Assembly (NCBI GenBank): GCA_050872885.1
Contig: JBNMHS010000005.1
Coordinates: 2,636-66,635, forward strand
Direction of reading: 5' to 3'
Origin: Acetatifactor sp.
Lineage (GTDB): Bacteria; Bacillota; Clostridia; Lachnospirales; Lachnospiraceae
DNA: 64,000 bases
The position numbers and the translations under genes were made by a program. Numbering within the stretch: position 1 is the stretch's first letter; each line of letters opens with the position of its first letter. Shown here piece by piece: positions 9,671 to 17,316 of this stretch. Under the pieces are notes generated by a model. That model was given only the letters and a program-made list of their open reading frames with translations. It was not told the origin of the DNA and searched no databases.

Positions 9671-10326
9671 TGAGTGAAGAAAGATATCTTACATTTGCTC
9701 TTGGAAAAGGCAGACTTGCCAAAAAGACTCTGGAGCTTTTCGAACAGATCGGCATTACCTGTGAAGAAATGAAGGATAAGGATACCCGAAAGCTGATCTT
9801 CGTCAACGAAGAATATAAATTGCGCTTTTTCCTGGCGAAAGGTCCGGATGTTCCGACTTATGTGGAGTACGGTGCAGCGGATATCGGTGTGGTCGGTAAG
9901 GATACGATCCTGGAAGAGAACCGGAATGTTTATGAAGTGCTGGATCTGGGCTTCGGTAAATGCCGGATGTGTGTCTGTGGTCCCGCCTCCGCCAGAGAAC
10001 TGTTAAAACACCATGAGCGGATCCGTGTAGCCAGCAAATATCCCAATATCGCCAGAGAATACTTTTACAATAAAAAGCACCAGACCGTAGATATTATTAA
10101 ATTAAACGGATCTGTGGAACTGGGTCCTCTGGTAGAGTTGTCCGATGTCATTGTGGATATCGTGGAGACCGGCTCCACCTTAAAGGAAAACGGTCTGGAA
10201 GTCCTGGAAGAAGTATGTCCCCTGTCTGCCCGCATGATCGTCAATCCGGTGAGTATGCAGATGGAGGCCGACCGTATCCGCAAACTGGTAGGCGCTATCC
10301 GCGAACAATTAAAAATCCAGTCCTGA
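9670..10326 (+). CDS. hisG: ATP phosphoribosyltransferase, short form
   Basis: 218 aa. LTFALGKGRL start, DIVETGSTLKENGL motif. Its ATG overlaps the hisZ stop (TAATG). Confidence 0.93.
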   Translation: MSEERYLTFALGKGRLAKKTLELFEQIGITCEEMKDKDTRKLIFVNEEYKLRFFLAKGPDVPTYVEYGAADIGVVGKDTILEENRNVYEVLDLGFGKCRMCVCGPASARELLKHHERIRVASKYPNIAREYFYNKKHQTVDIIKLNGSVELGPLVELSDVIVDIVETGSTLKENGLEVLEEVCPLSARMIVNPVSMQMEADRIRKLVGAIREQLKIQS

Positions 10327-10372
10327 TCAGTCACTTTAGATATAAAAAGATCATTTAAAGGAGAGTACCGTT

Positions 10373-11665
10373 ATGAGAATCGTAGCATTGGATAAAGAAT
10401 CAAAACAGAGTATTTTGAACGACCTTTTAAAGAGAAGTCCGAACAATTATTCCCAGTATGAAAGCACTGTGAATCAGATCATTGAAAAAGTGCGCGCTGA
10501 AGGAGACCGGGCATTGTTTGATTACACCCTGCAGTTCGATAAGTTCACGTTAACTGCAGAGAACATCCGCGTTACAAAGGAAGAGATTGCCGAAGCCTAT
10601 GCACAGATGGATGAGAAACTGATCGATGTGATCCGTCAGTCAGCGGAAAATATCCGTGCGTTTCATCAGAAGCAGCTCCGCAACAGCTGGTTTGATGCAA
10701 AGCCCGACGGTACGATCCTGGGCATGAAGATCACCGCTATTGAGAGAGCCGGAGTCTATGTGCCCGGCGGCAAGGCAGCGTATCCTTCCAGCGTATTGAT
10801 GAATGTGATCCCTGCCAAGGTAGCCGGTGTGGATGAGATCATTATGACCACACCTCCCGGAAAAGACGGTAAAGTCAATCCCGGAACTCTGGTAGCTGCC
10901 GATATCGCGGGTGTTGACACTATTTATAAAGTAGGCGGTGCACAGGCTATCGCTGCCATGGCGTTTGGAACCGAGTCTGTACCGAAGGTCGACAAGATCA
11001 CCGGTCCCGGCAACATCTTCGTTGCGCTTGCCAAAAAAGCAGTATATGGCTATGTAAGCATCGACTCCATTGCCGGTCCCAGTGAGATCCTGGTGCTGGC
11101 GGATGAAACAGCCACCCCCAGATATGTTGCGGCAGACCTGTTGTCCCAGGCAGAGCACGATGAACTGGCAAGTGCCATTCTGATCACAACTTCCAAAGAG
11201 CTTGCCGAGAAAGTATCGGAGGAAGTGGACGGCTTTGTAAAAGTGCTGGAGCGCGCCCCCATTATTCAGAAATCCCTGGATAATTACGGCTATATTCTGT
11301 TGGCTGACAATATGGAAGATGCCACCTCCGCCGCCAACGCCATTGCTTCCGAGCACTTGGAGATCATTACCAGGAATCCTTTTGACACCATGACACGTAT
11401 CCGCAATGCCGGTGCCATCTTCCTGGGAGAGTACGCTTCCGAGCCTCTGGGTGATTATTTTGCTGGACCGAACCACATCCTGCCTACCAACGGTACTGCG
11501 AGATTCTTCTCTCCGGTAAATGTAGATGATTTTATCAAGAAGACCAGTATCATCTCTTATTCCAGACAGGCACTGGAGAAGGTACATACCCAGATTGAAA
11601 CTTTTGCAAAGAGCGAAGGCTTGACCGCACATGCAAACAGTATTAAAGTTAGATTTGAAGATTAA
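10373..11665 (+). CDS. hisD: Histidinol dehydrogenase
   Basis: 430 aa. Motifs: GVYVPGGKAAYPSSVLM, IAGPSEILVLAD, QAEHD, EHLE. Confidence 0.95.
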   Translation: MRIVALDKESKQSILNDLLKRSPNNYSQYESTVNQIIEKVRAEGDRALFDYTLQFDKFTLTAENIRVTKEEIAEAYAQMDEKLIDVIRQSAENIRAFHQKQLRNSWFDAKPDGTILGMKITAIERAGVYVPGGKAAYPSSVLMNVIPAKVAGVDEIIMTTPPGKDGKVNPGTLVAADIAGVDTIYKVGGAQAIAAMAFGTESVPKVDKITGPGNIFVALAKKAVYGYVSIDSIAGPSEILVLADETATPRYVAADLLSQAEHDELASAILITTSKELAEKVSEEVDGFVKVLERAPIIQKSLDNYGYILLADNMEDATSAANAIASEHLEIITRNPFDTMTRIRNAGAIFLGEYASEPLGDYFAGPNHILPTNGTARFFSPVNVDDFIKKTSIISYSRQALEKVHTQIETFAKSEGLTAHANSIKVRFED

Positions 11666-11692
11666 TTATTTCCTCTGGTAAAGGAGAATTTT

Positions 11693-12280
11693 ATGGAACG
11701 TAAAGCATCTGTGACCAGAACAACGAAAGAGACCGACATTGCCGTAACTTTAAATCTGGACGGCAGCGGAAAAGCAGACCTGTCTACAGGCATCGGTTTT
11801 TTTGACCATATGCTGGACGGCTTTGCAAGACATGGTTTTTTTGATCTGGAATGCAAAGTAAAGGGAGATCTGCAGGTGGACGGCCACCATACGGTGGAGG
11901 ATACCGGCATCGTCCTGGGCGAAGCCATCAAAAAAGCTGTGGGAGACAAGAAAGGAATCAACCGTTACGGTTATTTTATTCTCCCTATGGATGAGGTACT
12001 TGCCTTATGTGCCGTTGATCTGAGCGGCCGGCCTTATCTTAATTTTGAATGTGAATTTACCGTACCCAGGGTGGGAGAGTTCGATACCGAGCTGGTAAGG
12101 GAATTTTTCTATGCCGTTTCCTACAGTGCAGGTATGAACTTACATATCAAGATGTTGTCCGCAGGAAACAATCACCATATGATCGAAGCCATGTTCAAGG
12201 CATTTGCCAAGGCTCTGGATCAGGCTGTTTCCTATAATCCGAAGGTAACGGATGTATTAAGTACCAAAGGAAGTCTGTAA
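11693..12280 (+). CDS. hisB: Imidazoleglycerol-phosphate dehydratase
   Basis: 195 aa. Motifs: TKETDI, GIGFFDHML, DGHHTVEDTGI, NNHHMIEAMFKAF. Monofunctional: no phosphatase domain. Confidence 0.95.
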   Translation: MERKASVTRTTKETDIAVTLNLDGSGKADLSTGIGFFDHMLDGFARHGFFDLECKVKGDLQVDGHHTVEDTGIVLGEAIKKAVGDKKGINRYGYFILPMDEVLALCAVDLSGRPYLNFECEFTVPRVGEFDTELVREFFYAVSYSAGMNLHIKMLSAGNNHHMIEAMFKAFAKALDQAVSYNPKVTDVLSTKGSL

Positions 12281-12299
12281 GAAAGGCACGAGGATTATT

Positions 12300-13586
12300 A
12301 TGATCATCAAGAAATTTGTTCCCTGTATTTATTTATATCACGAGCATGCGGTAAGAAATCTTACGGATACCACTATCGTAGATACAGATCCCGTCCGTCT
12401 TGCGGATTATTACTGTGAGCATAATGCGGACGAGCTGATCGTATTCGATATGTCCGAAGGAGATGCCGAGCATGATGCCGCACTGGATATCATCAAGGAG
12501 ATCTGTGCCAGGGCAGAAGTAGATGTCATCGGCGCCGGTAATGTCAAGCGCATGGAGGATATTAAGAAGTTACTTTATGCCGGATGTAAAAAGGCAGTTC
12601 TCGATTATGAGAAGGAGAGTAATATTGAGATCACCGAGGAAGTCTCCCTGAAATTCGGCAAGGAGAAGATATTGATCTCTTACAATGATCCTGCCGTTCT
12701 GGAACAGCATAAGGAAAAAATCGAAAAGTATATCTCCGCTATGATCCTGATGAATCCTCATCAGATCCGCAAGACCCAGAGCGTATTGTCTCTGCCGTTC
12801 TTTGTACAGATCAACCAGGTGGCACTGAATAAATTATTAGAGATTTTCGCCTATGAAAATGTATGTGGTGTCACAGGTAATACGATCAACGACAACGTAA
12901 AAGAGATCGTTGCCCTGAAAGATCTGTGCCGGGAGAACGATATTCCCATCGAATCTTTCCAGGCTGCTTACAAGTGGGAGGATTTCAAGAAAAACAGTGA
13001 CGGCATGGTACCTGTCATCGTACAGGATTACCGCACACAGGAAGTCCTGATGATGGCCTATATGAATGAAGAGGCTTATGAGCAGACGCTGAAGCTCGGT
13101 AAAATGACCTATTACAGCAGAAGCCGTCAGGAATTATGGCTGAAAGGCTTAACCAGCGGACATTACCAGTACGTGAAGGAGCTGGTGGCTGATTGTGATA
13201 TGGACACGATCCTGGCAAAGGTATCCCAGATCGGCGCTGCCTGTCATACCGGAAGCAAGAGCTGCTTCTTCAATGAGATCACGAAAAAAGATTACGAGGA
13301 AAGCAGTAATCCTCTGCAGGTATTTGAAGAAGTCTTCGATGTGATCAAGGATCGTAAAGTACACCCTAAGGAAGGTTCTTATACCAATTATCTGTTTGAT
13401 AAAGGTATTGACAAGATCCTTAAGAAATTAGGAGAAGAGGCTACAGAGATCGTGATTGCCGCCAAGAATCCCAACCCCAACGAGGTCAAATATGAGATCA
13501 GCGATTTCCTGTACCATATGATGGTGCTGATGGCGGAAAAGGATGTCACCTGGGAAGAGATCACTACAGAACTTGCGAACCGTTGA
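12300..13586 (+). CDS. hisIE: Three-domain fusion: HisF/HisA-like (beta/alpha)8 domain (apparently degenerate), phosphoribosyl-AMP cyclohydrolase (HisI) and phosphoribosyl-ATP pyrophosphatase (HisE)
   Basis: 428 aa. Residues from about 225 on carry HisI (VPVIVQD...YYSRSRQELWLKG...DCDMD...CHTG) and HisE (GSYTNYLFDKGIDKILKKLGEEATE...DFLYHMMVL). Residues 1 to about 225 align by eye to HisF, but Tyr sits at both catalytic Asp positions. Confidence 0.85.
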   Translation: MIIKKFVPCIYLYHEHAVRNLTDTTIVDTDPVRLADYYCEHNADELIVFDMSEGDAEHDAALDIIKEICARAEVDVIGAGNVKRMEDIKKLLYAGCKKAVLDYEKESNIEITEEVSLKFGKEKILISYNDPAVLEQHKEKIEKYISAMILMNPHQIRKTQSVLSLPFFVQINQVALNKLLEIFAYENVCGVTGNTINDNVKEIVALKDLCRENDIPIESFQAAYKWEDFKKNSDGMVPVIVQDYRTQEVLMMAYMNEEAYEQTLKLGKMTYYSRSRQELWLKGLTSGHYQYVKELVADCDMDTILAKVSQIGAACHTGSKSCFFNEITKKDYEESSNPLQVFEEVFDVIKDRKVHPKEGSYTNYLFDKGIDKILKKLGEEATEIVIAAKNPNPNEVKYEISDFLYHMMVLMAEKDVTWEEITTELANR

Positions 13587-13860
13587 CCGCTGTTTCCACC
13601 CATGTTTTCAGACTGTTGCCATAATCCACGTCTGTGACATAATGAATCACCTGATCCATGGATATCCCGGCAAAACATTTGCCTTTCTGATCCAATAATA
13701 TGATCGTTAACAGTAATACTCCGGCCAGAGCAAGGCGGATCCGGAATGTACCGGCAGCAGAAGCGGTACATTCCGGGTCGTTCTGCTCCGGCCTTATTTC
13801 TGTCTGTCTGCGCATTTGCGCTAAGATTTCTTCTTTGTTTCTGTTATTCCGGTTTTCCAT
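13564..13860 (-). CDS. Small hypothetical membrane protein (98 aa, one TM)
   Basis: ATG preceded by AAGGGGGAA. Charged N-terminus, TM segment RLALAGVLLLTIILL. Its 3' end overlaps the hisIE 3' end by 23 nt (convergent). I recognised no family. Confidence 0.45.
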   Translation of the reverse strand: MENRNNRNKEEILAQMRRQTEIRPEQNDPECTASAAGTFRIRLALAGVLLLTIILLDQKGKCFAGISMDQVIHYVTDVDYGNSLKTWVETAVNGSQVL

Positions 13861-13904
13861 CCTGAATTCCCCCTTTGCAGTTCATATTTATGTTCCTTTT
13901 GGTA

Positions 13905-13963
13905 CTGGCAGAACTTAATTTTATAAGGTATAATGATAACGATTCAGAAAGGTTCTGAATCGT
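13905..13963 (+). promoter_or_regulatory. Candidate promoter plus a perfect palindrome upstream of the MoxR operon
   Basis: cTGgCA (13905-13910), 18-nt spacer, TATAAT (13929-13934). This is followed by ACGATTCAGAA-AGG-TTCTGAATCGT (13939-13963), which has 11-bp perfect arms. Confidence 0.45.
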
Positions 13964-13991
13964 ATCAGACAAAAATAAACCGGGAGAAATT

Positions 13992-14942
13992 ATGGCAGAA
14001 CAGACAGGAAAAGAATTCGCAGCAAAAATACAGACAAATATTCAAAAAGTTCTGGTCGGAAAAGAAGAAGTTACAGAACTTTTGCTGACGGCCCTTCTGG
14101 CCGGCGGGCATGTCCTTTTGGAGGATGTTCCCGGCACAGGAAAGACAAAATTAGCCAAGGCTCTGGCCAGATCCGTAAGCGCCCGGTTCTCGCGGGTACA
14201 GTTTACTCCGGATCTGTTGCCGGGTGACATCACAGGTATCAACATCTATGACCGGCAGAAAAATGAATTCATTCTGCGTAAAGGTCCGGTATTTACCAAT
14301 ATTTTACTGGCGGATGAATTGAACCGGGCCACACCGAGAACCCAGGCCGGCCTTTTGGAATGTATGGAAGAGCGGCAGGTAACTATCGATGGTGTTTCTT
14401 ATACGCCGGGAGATCCTTTTTTTGTCATTGCGACAGAGAATCCCATAGAAAGTGCCGGCGTATTTCCGCTGCCGGAAGCACAGCTGGATCGTTTTCTCAT
14501 GAAACTGTCCATGAAACTTCCCACCAGAGAAGAAGAACTCCGAATTCTGGATCTGTACATGGAACAAGATCCCCTGGATACCCTGACCCCTGTGGTTTCC
14601 CCGGAAGAGCTTCTGCACGCCGGGGCAGAAGCTGCGAAGACCTTCGTCCATCCCTGCATCCGGGAGTATATGGTACAGATTGCCGAAGCCACACGGCGTA
14701 CAGACGGTATTCTGGCAGGTGTCAGTCCCAGAGGAACCCTTGGGCTTTTACGCTGCGTCAAGGCCTATGCTTACCTGCAGGGGCGCTCCTTTGTCATTCC
14801 CGATGACGTGCGTACCCTGGCGGTTCCTGTACTGGCTCACAGACTGGTATGCAGTTTCGGCTCCGATACCGGTTCCGCAGCAGGCAGAATGGAAGCGATC
14901 CTGTCTTCTGTTCCCGTTCCTACGGAAAGGTTTGAGCCATGA
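13992..14942 (+). CDS. MoxR-family AAA+ ATPase
   Basis: 316 aa. Walker A LLEDVPGTGKTKLAKALA, Walker B ILLADELNRA, and the typical MoxR motif FFVIATENPIE...PLPEAQLDRF. Confidence 0.9.
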   Translation: MAEQTGKEFAAKIQTNIQKVLVGKEEVTELLLTALLAGGHVLLEDVPGTGKTKLAKALARSVSARFSRVQFTPDLLPGDITGINIYDRQKNEFILRKGPVFTNILLADELNRATPRTQAGLLECMEERQVTIDGVSYTPGDPFFVIATENPIESAGVFPLPEAQLDRFLMKLSMKLPTREEELRILDLYMEQDPLDTLTPVVSPEELLHAGAEAAKTFVHPCIREYMVQIAEATRRTDGILAGVSPRGTLGLLRCVKAYAYLQGRSFVIPDDVRTLAVPVLAHRLVCSFGSDTGSAAGRMEAILSSVPVPTERFEP

Positions 14943-16081
14943 TACAGCTTCTGGGGATCATTGTCTTTGCTCTGCTCCTGTATCTTGGGCAGAAATATGT
15001 TTACGCAAAAATATGGCAGCGGGATCTGAATGTTTCCCTGACATTTAAAGAAGAGGGAATCTGGGAAGGGCAGGAGAGTGAACTGTCTGAGATCATCGAG
15101 AATCGCAAACGTCTGCCTCTTACCATGCTGAAGGTCAAATTCCAGACTGACAGACATCTGGTATTTGCCGATGACAAAGGTTCCCGTACCACAGACCGTT
15201 ATTATCGCAATGACATCTTCCAGATCGGACGTCTGGAGAAGGTCACCCGGACGCTGCACTTTACCGGTGGCAGAAGAGGATATTATATTATACAGGAAGC
15301 GGATCTGGTAGCATCGGATCTGTTTCTGACAGCGCAGTATACGGCAACGACATCACTTTCCGGGTGCAGCCTTTATGTTTACCCCAAACCTTTTTCCCAT
15401 CCGGATTTTAAACGCTCTTTAAAGCAGCTGAGCGGAGAGGTCCTGGCGAAAAGACATTTACTGGAGGATCCCTTTGAATATCGAGGCATCCGGGATTACC
15501 AGCCCCAGGATGACTTAAAATGTATCAACTGGAAAGCCACAGCACATACCGGGGAACTGAAGGTAAATCAGAAAAATTATACAGCCCAAAAGTCTGTCCG
15601 GATCTTCGTAAATCTGGAGGATACCGGGATCTTGAAAAAAGAGGACTGCGTAGAAGCCTGTCTGCAGGTCGCCACAGCTCTGTTACTGTTGTTTCTGGAG
15701 CAGGGAATGCAGGTGGCTCTGTATTGCAACGGAACGGACACCGTCAGCAAAGAACCCTGTATTCTGGAAGCCGGCGGCGGAATACGGCAGCGAAACGCAT
15801 GTCTGCAGGCGCTTGCACGGATCGATACGTCAAAACCGGTTTCGGACTTTTCCAGACTGTTTGCCGCCAGGTTATCCGACACGTCCAATGCGCTCTATAC
15901 CTGCTTTGTATCCCCGAATGCTTACGAAGATTTCGCAGCATTGCTTCTGCAATATCATGAAAAGCAGCCGGATATGAAATGGTTTTATCCATACTCCGAG
16001 AGTACACCTCCCGATTTGGGAGAAGCGTTAACGTCTTTGATCACTTTTATCTCCTTACGGGAAGAAAGCGTCCGAATGTGA
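14939..16081 (+). CDS. DUF58 domain protein (MoxR partner)
   Basis: 380 aa. N-terminal TM. DUF58 core DPFEYRGIRDYQPQDDLKCINWKATAHTGELKVNQ. Its ATG overlaps the moxR stop (ATGA). Confidence 0.85.
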   Translation: MIQLLGIIVFALLLYLGQKYVYAKIWQRDLNVSLTFKEEGIWEGQESELSEIIENRKRLPLTMLKVKFQTDRHLVFADDKGSRTTDRYYRNDIFQIGRLEKVTRTLHFTGGRRGYYIIQEADLVASDLFLTAQYTATTSLSGCSLYVYPKPFSHPDFKRSLKQLSGEVLAKRHLLEDPFEYRGIRDYQPQDDLKCINWKATAHTGELKVNQKNYTAQKSVRIFVNLEDTGILKKEDCVEACLQVATALLLLFLEQGMQVALYCNGTDTVSKEPCILEAGGGIRQRNACLQALARIDTSKPVSDFSRLFAARLSDTSNALYTCFVSPNAYEDFAALLLQYHEKQPDMKWFYPYSESTPPDLGEALTSLITFISLREESVRM

Positions 16082-17295
16082 AAGAATTTTTGACCGATCT
16101 GATGAACCAATTATGTTTTTATCCGCCGGCACTGACCGCAGCTACACTTCTGGCCGCACTGGCTCCCCAAAGCAGGCCGTCCCTGCTTTTGTGGATGCTC
16201 GGAGCGTTTCCGGTGTTTTTCCTGTATTATGTGAGAAAACGCTGTAAGCATCTGCCGGTATTGCTTCTTCTGCATGCACTTGTACCGGTGCTGTTTTATG
16301 TCGTTCCCGCGGCAAACGGAGTGAACAAAGGGATCCGGCTGCTTGTGGGAACCGGATTCGTGATTTATTCCCTCCGGCTGCGTTTCCGGACAGAGACTTT
16401 TGCTTCGGATCCATTGCCACTTCCTCTGGCTGCGGGTATCGCTTTCCTATGCCTTTTTCTGCAGCATTATCAGGGAAATGATGACTGGGATCTCTATTAC
16501 CGCATGAGCCTGATTCTTGTCTTCGCATTGTATGCCGTGATCATGTTTTTGCAGTCCTACGAGGATTTTCTTACTGTAAACCGACTGAGTACCGGCAAGA
16601 TCCCTTTCCGGGAAATCTTCCGCTCCGGATTCCACAGCACCACGGTCTTTGTGCTGTTGTCCGGGATCCTGCTTCTGGCGGTATCACAGTTTGCATGGCT
16701 AAAACCCTTCTTACAGATACTGCGAAACGGGATGATCCTGGTGCTTCGTTTTCTGTTCGGACTGCTTCCTAAGGATTCCGAAGCGGAAAATGTGGTGACC
16801 CTGCAGCAGACAGGCGGCGGTGGTCTGCCGCCCATGGAAGCAGAGGATCCGTTTATTTTATGGGTGATTCTGGAATATGTTGCCATGATCGCGCTTCTCG
16901 TCGTCTGCGCAATTCTGCTGTACCGCGGAATTCGGAGACTGATTGTATTTTTGCGGGATAAGATGCAGTTTTCCCTTCCGGATACCGTTTCTGAAAAGAC
17001 ATCGGTTGCAGACAAACGGGAGCAGCTTAAGACAGCTCCGGAAAATACTGCCGCAAAGGCAAAGATAAAATGGTTTTCCTTTGCTTTTTTAGATGCCGGG
17101 CAGAAGATCCGGCGGATGTATCAGAAAAAAATAAATGCCGGTGGGCTTGCAAAGACGAGCCTGCCATTTTATACTGCTAGAGATGCCGAAAGATCACTGG
17201 GAGCGGAAGGGATGGCCGAAATCTATGAAAAGGCCCGTTATTCGGATACTCCCTGTACTGATGCAGATGTACGGCAGATGAAAAATTATATGTAA
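16078..17295 (+). CDS. Polytopic membrane protein with a DUF4129-like C-terminal domain (third member of the MoxR/DUF58 triad)
   Basis: GTG at 16078 overlaps the DUF58 stop (GTGA). The ORF-track start at 15979 would sit 100 nt inside DUF58. The protein has about 8 hydrophobic helices and a C-terminal cytoplasmic tail (RRMYQKK...YEKARYSD). I saw no Cys-His-Asp transglutaminase core. Confidence 0.62.
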   Translation: MKEFLTDLMNQLCFYPPALTAATLLAALAPQSRPSLLLWMLGAFPVFFLYYVRKRCKHLPVLLLLHALVPVLFYVVPAANGVNKGIRLLVGTGFVIYSLRLRFRTETFASDPLPLPLAAGIAFLCLFLQHYQGNDDWDLYYRMSLILVFALYAVIMFLQSYEDFLTVNRLSTGKIPFREIFRSGFHSTTVFVLLSGILLLAVSQFAWLKPFLQILRNGMILVLRFLFGLLPKDSEAENVVTLQQTGGGGLPPMEAEDPFILWVILEYVAMIALLVVCAILLYRGIRRLIVFLRDKMQFSLPDTVSEKTSVADKREQLKTAPENTAAKAKIKWFSFAFLDAGQKIRRMYQKKINAGGLAKTSLPFYTARDAERSLGAEGMAEIYEKARYSDTPCTDADVRQMKNYM

Positions 17296-17316
17296 AATCA
17301 ATAACCTGAGGTAAGT

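Noticed and set aside
10640-11632. A 330-codon ORF antisense to hisD. Similar long antisense ORFs lie at 49319-49906 (opposite aroB), 52332-53114 (opposite the HlyD-like gene), 58398-59264 (opposite PBP2) and 62497-63279 (opposite mreB).
   Set aside because: Each lies entirely inside a confidently identified gene on the other strand. The predicted proteins are low-complexity (Arg/Ile/His/Cys-rich), lack RBSs and resemble no family. These are typical shadow ORFs produced by codon bias.
14360-14806. Alternative-frame ORFs inside moxR: 14360-14806 on the plus strand, and 14304-14651 and 14399-14761 on the minus strand.
   Set aside because: They are Arg/Cys/Ser-rich translations with no RBS, nested inside a gene that has unambiguous AAA+ motifs.
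15979-16077. The ORF-track start at 15979 for the third gene of the MoxR triad.
   Set aside because: It would place 100 nt of the gene inside the DUF58 coding region in another frame. The GTG at 16078 forms a GTGA stop/start overlap, which is typical of coupled genes.
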